A stretch of DNA of 64,000 bases from positions 1 to 64,000 of the forward strand of contig JAHLWZ010000206.1 of assembly GCA_020536535.1 (NCBI GenBank), in the 5' to 3' direction. The notes beneath the pieces are model-generated. The model was not told the origin of the DNA and did not search any database. It saw only the letters and a program-made list of their open reading frames with translations. Below, piece by piece: positions 62,301 to 64,000 of the stretch (the first letter of the stretch is position 1; each line of letters begins with the position of its first letter). The position numbers and the translations under genes are program-made. This stretch comes from Pelomyxa schiedti (lineage: Eukaryota > Protista > Evosea).

Positions 62301-64000
62301 GTAACACTACATAGGACTTTCCAAGTGGGGATTCTTTGAACTGCCTCTTGCTCCTTTAACTGAGTATTTGGGAACTCTGGGTATTATTGCCCCTATTGCT
62401 GAAATGTTCAGTATGTCTCTGTATCTCACATAAGCTCATCAATATTAGTTGAGACTGGTGATGTTTGCAGCATGTTATATACAAACTCACCAGCTGCGTA
62501 TTCAATGCTCATGCGGGATTATGCCCCAAATGCAGCAGCTGCCCCCATGAATGCTATGATTGTGATTCACATTTATTTCCTACATTTCTCATTCTTCTAT
62601 GTAGTCTGTTCAGAGACGGTACCAAAATTTGTTCAATGACCAAATTCGGCAATCTCAATATGAAATGTTCACAGGAGTCAACAAGTACATCACTCACTTT
62701 TCATATTCCAATGAGACACTTTTAGGAACAAGTACTTTCCTAGTCTTCAAAATGCCCCTATTGAGCTCGTCTCTGTCAGTCCATCTTGGCTGATAAAGCC
62801 ACTGGCTCAAGTACTTTACACCCAAGATACCCAATTTCAAACGGACTTTAGATGCTGGAAACACCTGTATTCAGTGATAATAACATCTTTGAAAGAATCC
62901 CAAACTTTATTTGGATCTGTCCTAGTGGTGACCAGCTTTGTGATGTACAACTAGCACACAATATCAGCAGAATTCATATTTTCCTAGATATACCTTTTTC
63001 TTCATTCCCCCTGTGTTGTCACAGAAATTGGGCTTTATCTGATGAGTGGAACTAACCATCGAACGCAACCACAGACCCTCAATGTTAGGGTGGGCTTATA
63101 TATGGACACTTTGAATTATGTGCTACATGTAAGTGTTAAATTACTTGTTACAGTGTAACCTCTTTGCAGGATGTTGCATTACCACAGTGTGCAGCCGGAA
63201 CTCGTCTTGTTTTCCCAATATCCAACACAATGTCCAATACCTATGACCAGTACCATGTGCTAAATGCAAGTTCGTAATCACTCCTTTGAATTTCAAATTC
63301 ACTTAGCAAAGAACCAATGGCATCAAGACTCCTTTCCCGTATTGTGCATCTTACTTTGCTCGGAATCGCATCAGAAAATTTAGCCCTGACCATTGGAACT
63401 GTTACTCTCATCCCTTCTCTTCTTACACCCACTAAGAAACCTCTAGATTGAGATTTTTGGTATTAAAACAAACCAACATAACTTAAGACTGGTAATTCCT
63501 TTCCTTGTCCACCGTCTTCTCAAAACTAAAAGGGTCCTTTCACCTCTGATATTGTATGTTTGATCTCAACTTACAAAGTATTTAAAGTTGATAGCCGTCG
63601 GACTCAGACTGGATAACCGCAGCAGTTGAATACTTGTCATCTGTTACACCACCAGCGAGTGTGGATGCCATCAAGTACCTTTATTTTCTTTCGTAGTATT
63701 ACATTCTTTTTTTAAACAAAAATGTAAGTCAGGATCCATTTCAACTTTCTGAAATTGGTAAGAGTATATACAGCTCTTTTTTTCCTCATTCCTAGTAGAA
63801 AGAAAAATTCAACTGCAATCGACAGCTTCTGGCTTTTCTGACAGCCTTTCTTTCACCTTAGCAAATTGTTTAGAACTTGAATATAAACGATTACAACTGA
63901 ATATTCCTCCCTCTGAAAGGTATAAAATCTGACAATATCCACAAAGTAAGTTCGGTTGCAGGGACAATATAATTTGTGGACTGTCATTAAACACTCAACA
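59400..64000 (+). CDS. SAC9: SAC9-like phosphoinositide phosphatase (3' partial)
   Basis: YIVSSLGTRSDTQIIQIESTTGSL, RKSSLHPGTRFFARGIN, GNEMETE, FVWRRGTVPLWW, catalytic RFNCADSLDRTN (~62113-62148), and C-terminal LELEYKRLQLNIPPSER|D resembling plant SAC9. Confidence 0.88.

Overview
Gene-dense eukaryotic nuclear DNA in the standard genetic code, with very many short (~40-50 nt) spliceosomal introns. The style (tiny introns, intronless Sel1-repeat genes, many GEFs, chimeric or overlapping assembly junctions) suggests an amoebozoan, possibly a Pelomyxa-like archamoeba; this is inference only. About 21 protein genes can be reconstructed across introns: POLA1, a small LD-motif protein, a Sel1-repeat protein, GEMIN6, HBS1, an MBOAT/wax-synthase-like acyltransferase, PDI, eIF3j, a BRSK/SAD-like kinase, kinesin-8, two RhoGEFs, a Ubl-vWA-F-box-CBM20-vWA fusion protein, a membrane metallophosphoesterase, a HIT-like protein, a RasGEF, a ZIP transporter, a FIRRM/FLIP-like protein, Rab7, a large unknown CCCH protein and a SAC9-like phosphatase. 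There are also decayed gene remnants and two 100-N gaps. The most unusual observations are: (1) a ~530-bp self-complementary insertion at 52960-53487, flanked by a GAGGT duplication that copies a splice donor, which reads like an integrated circular or dumbbell molecule; (2) the single-gene Ubl-vWA-F-box-CBM20-vWA architecture, which may link glycogen to the ubiquitin system; (3) CpG-island-like 5' ends against strongly CpG-depleted gene bodies. Exon models were built by eye and coordinates of multi-exon genes are approximate. No tRNA, rRNA, CRISPR array or transposase was recognised.
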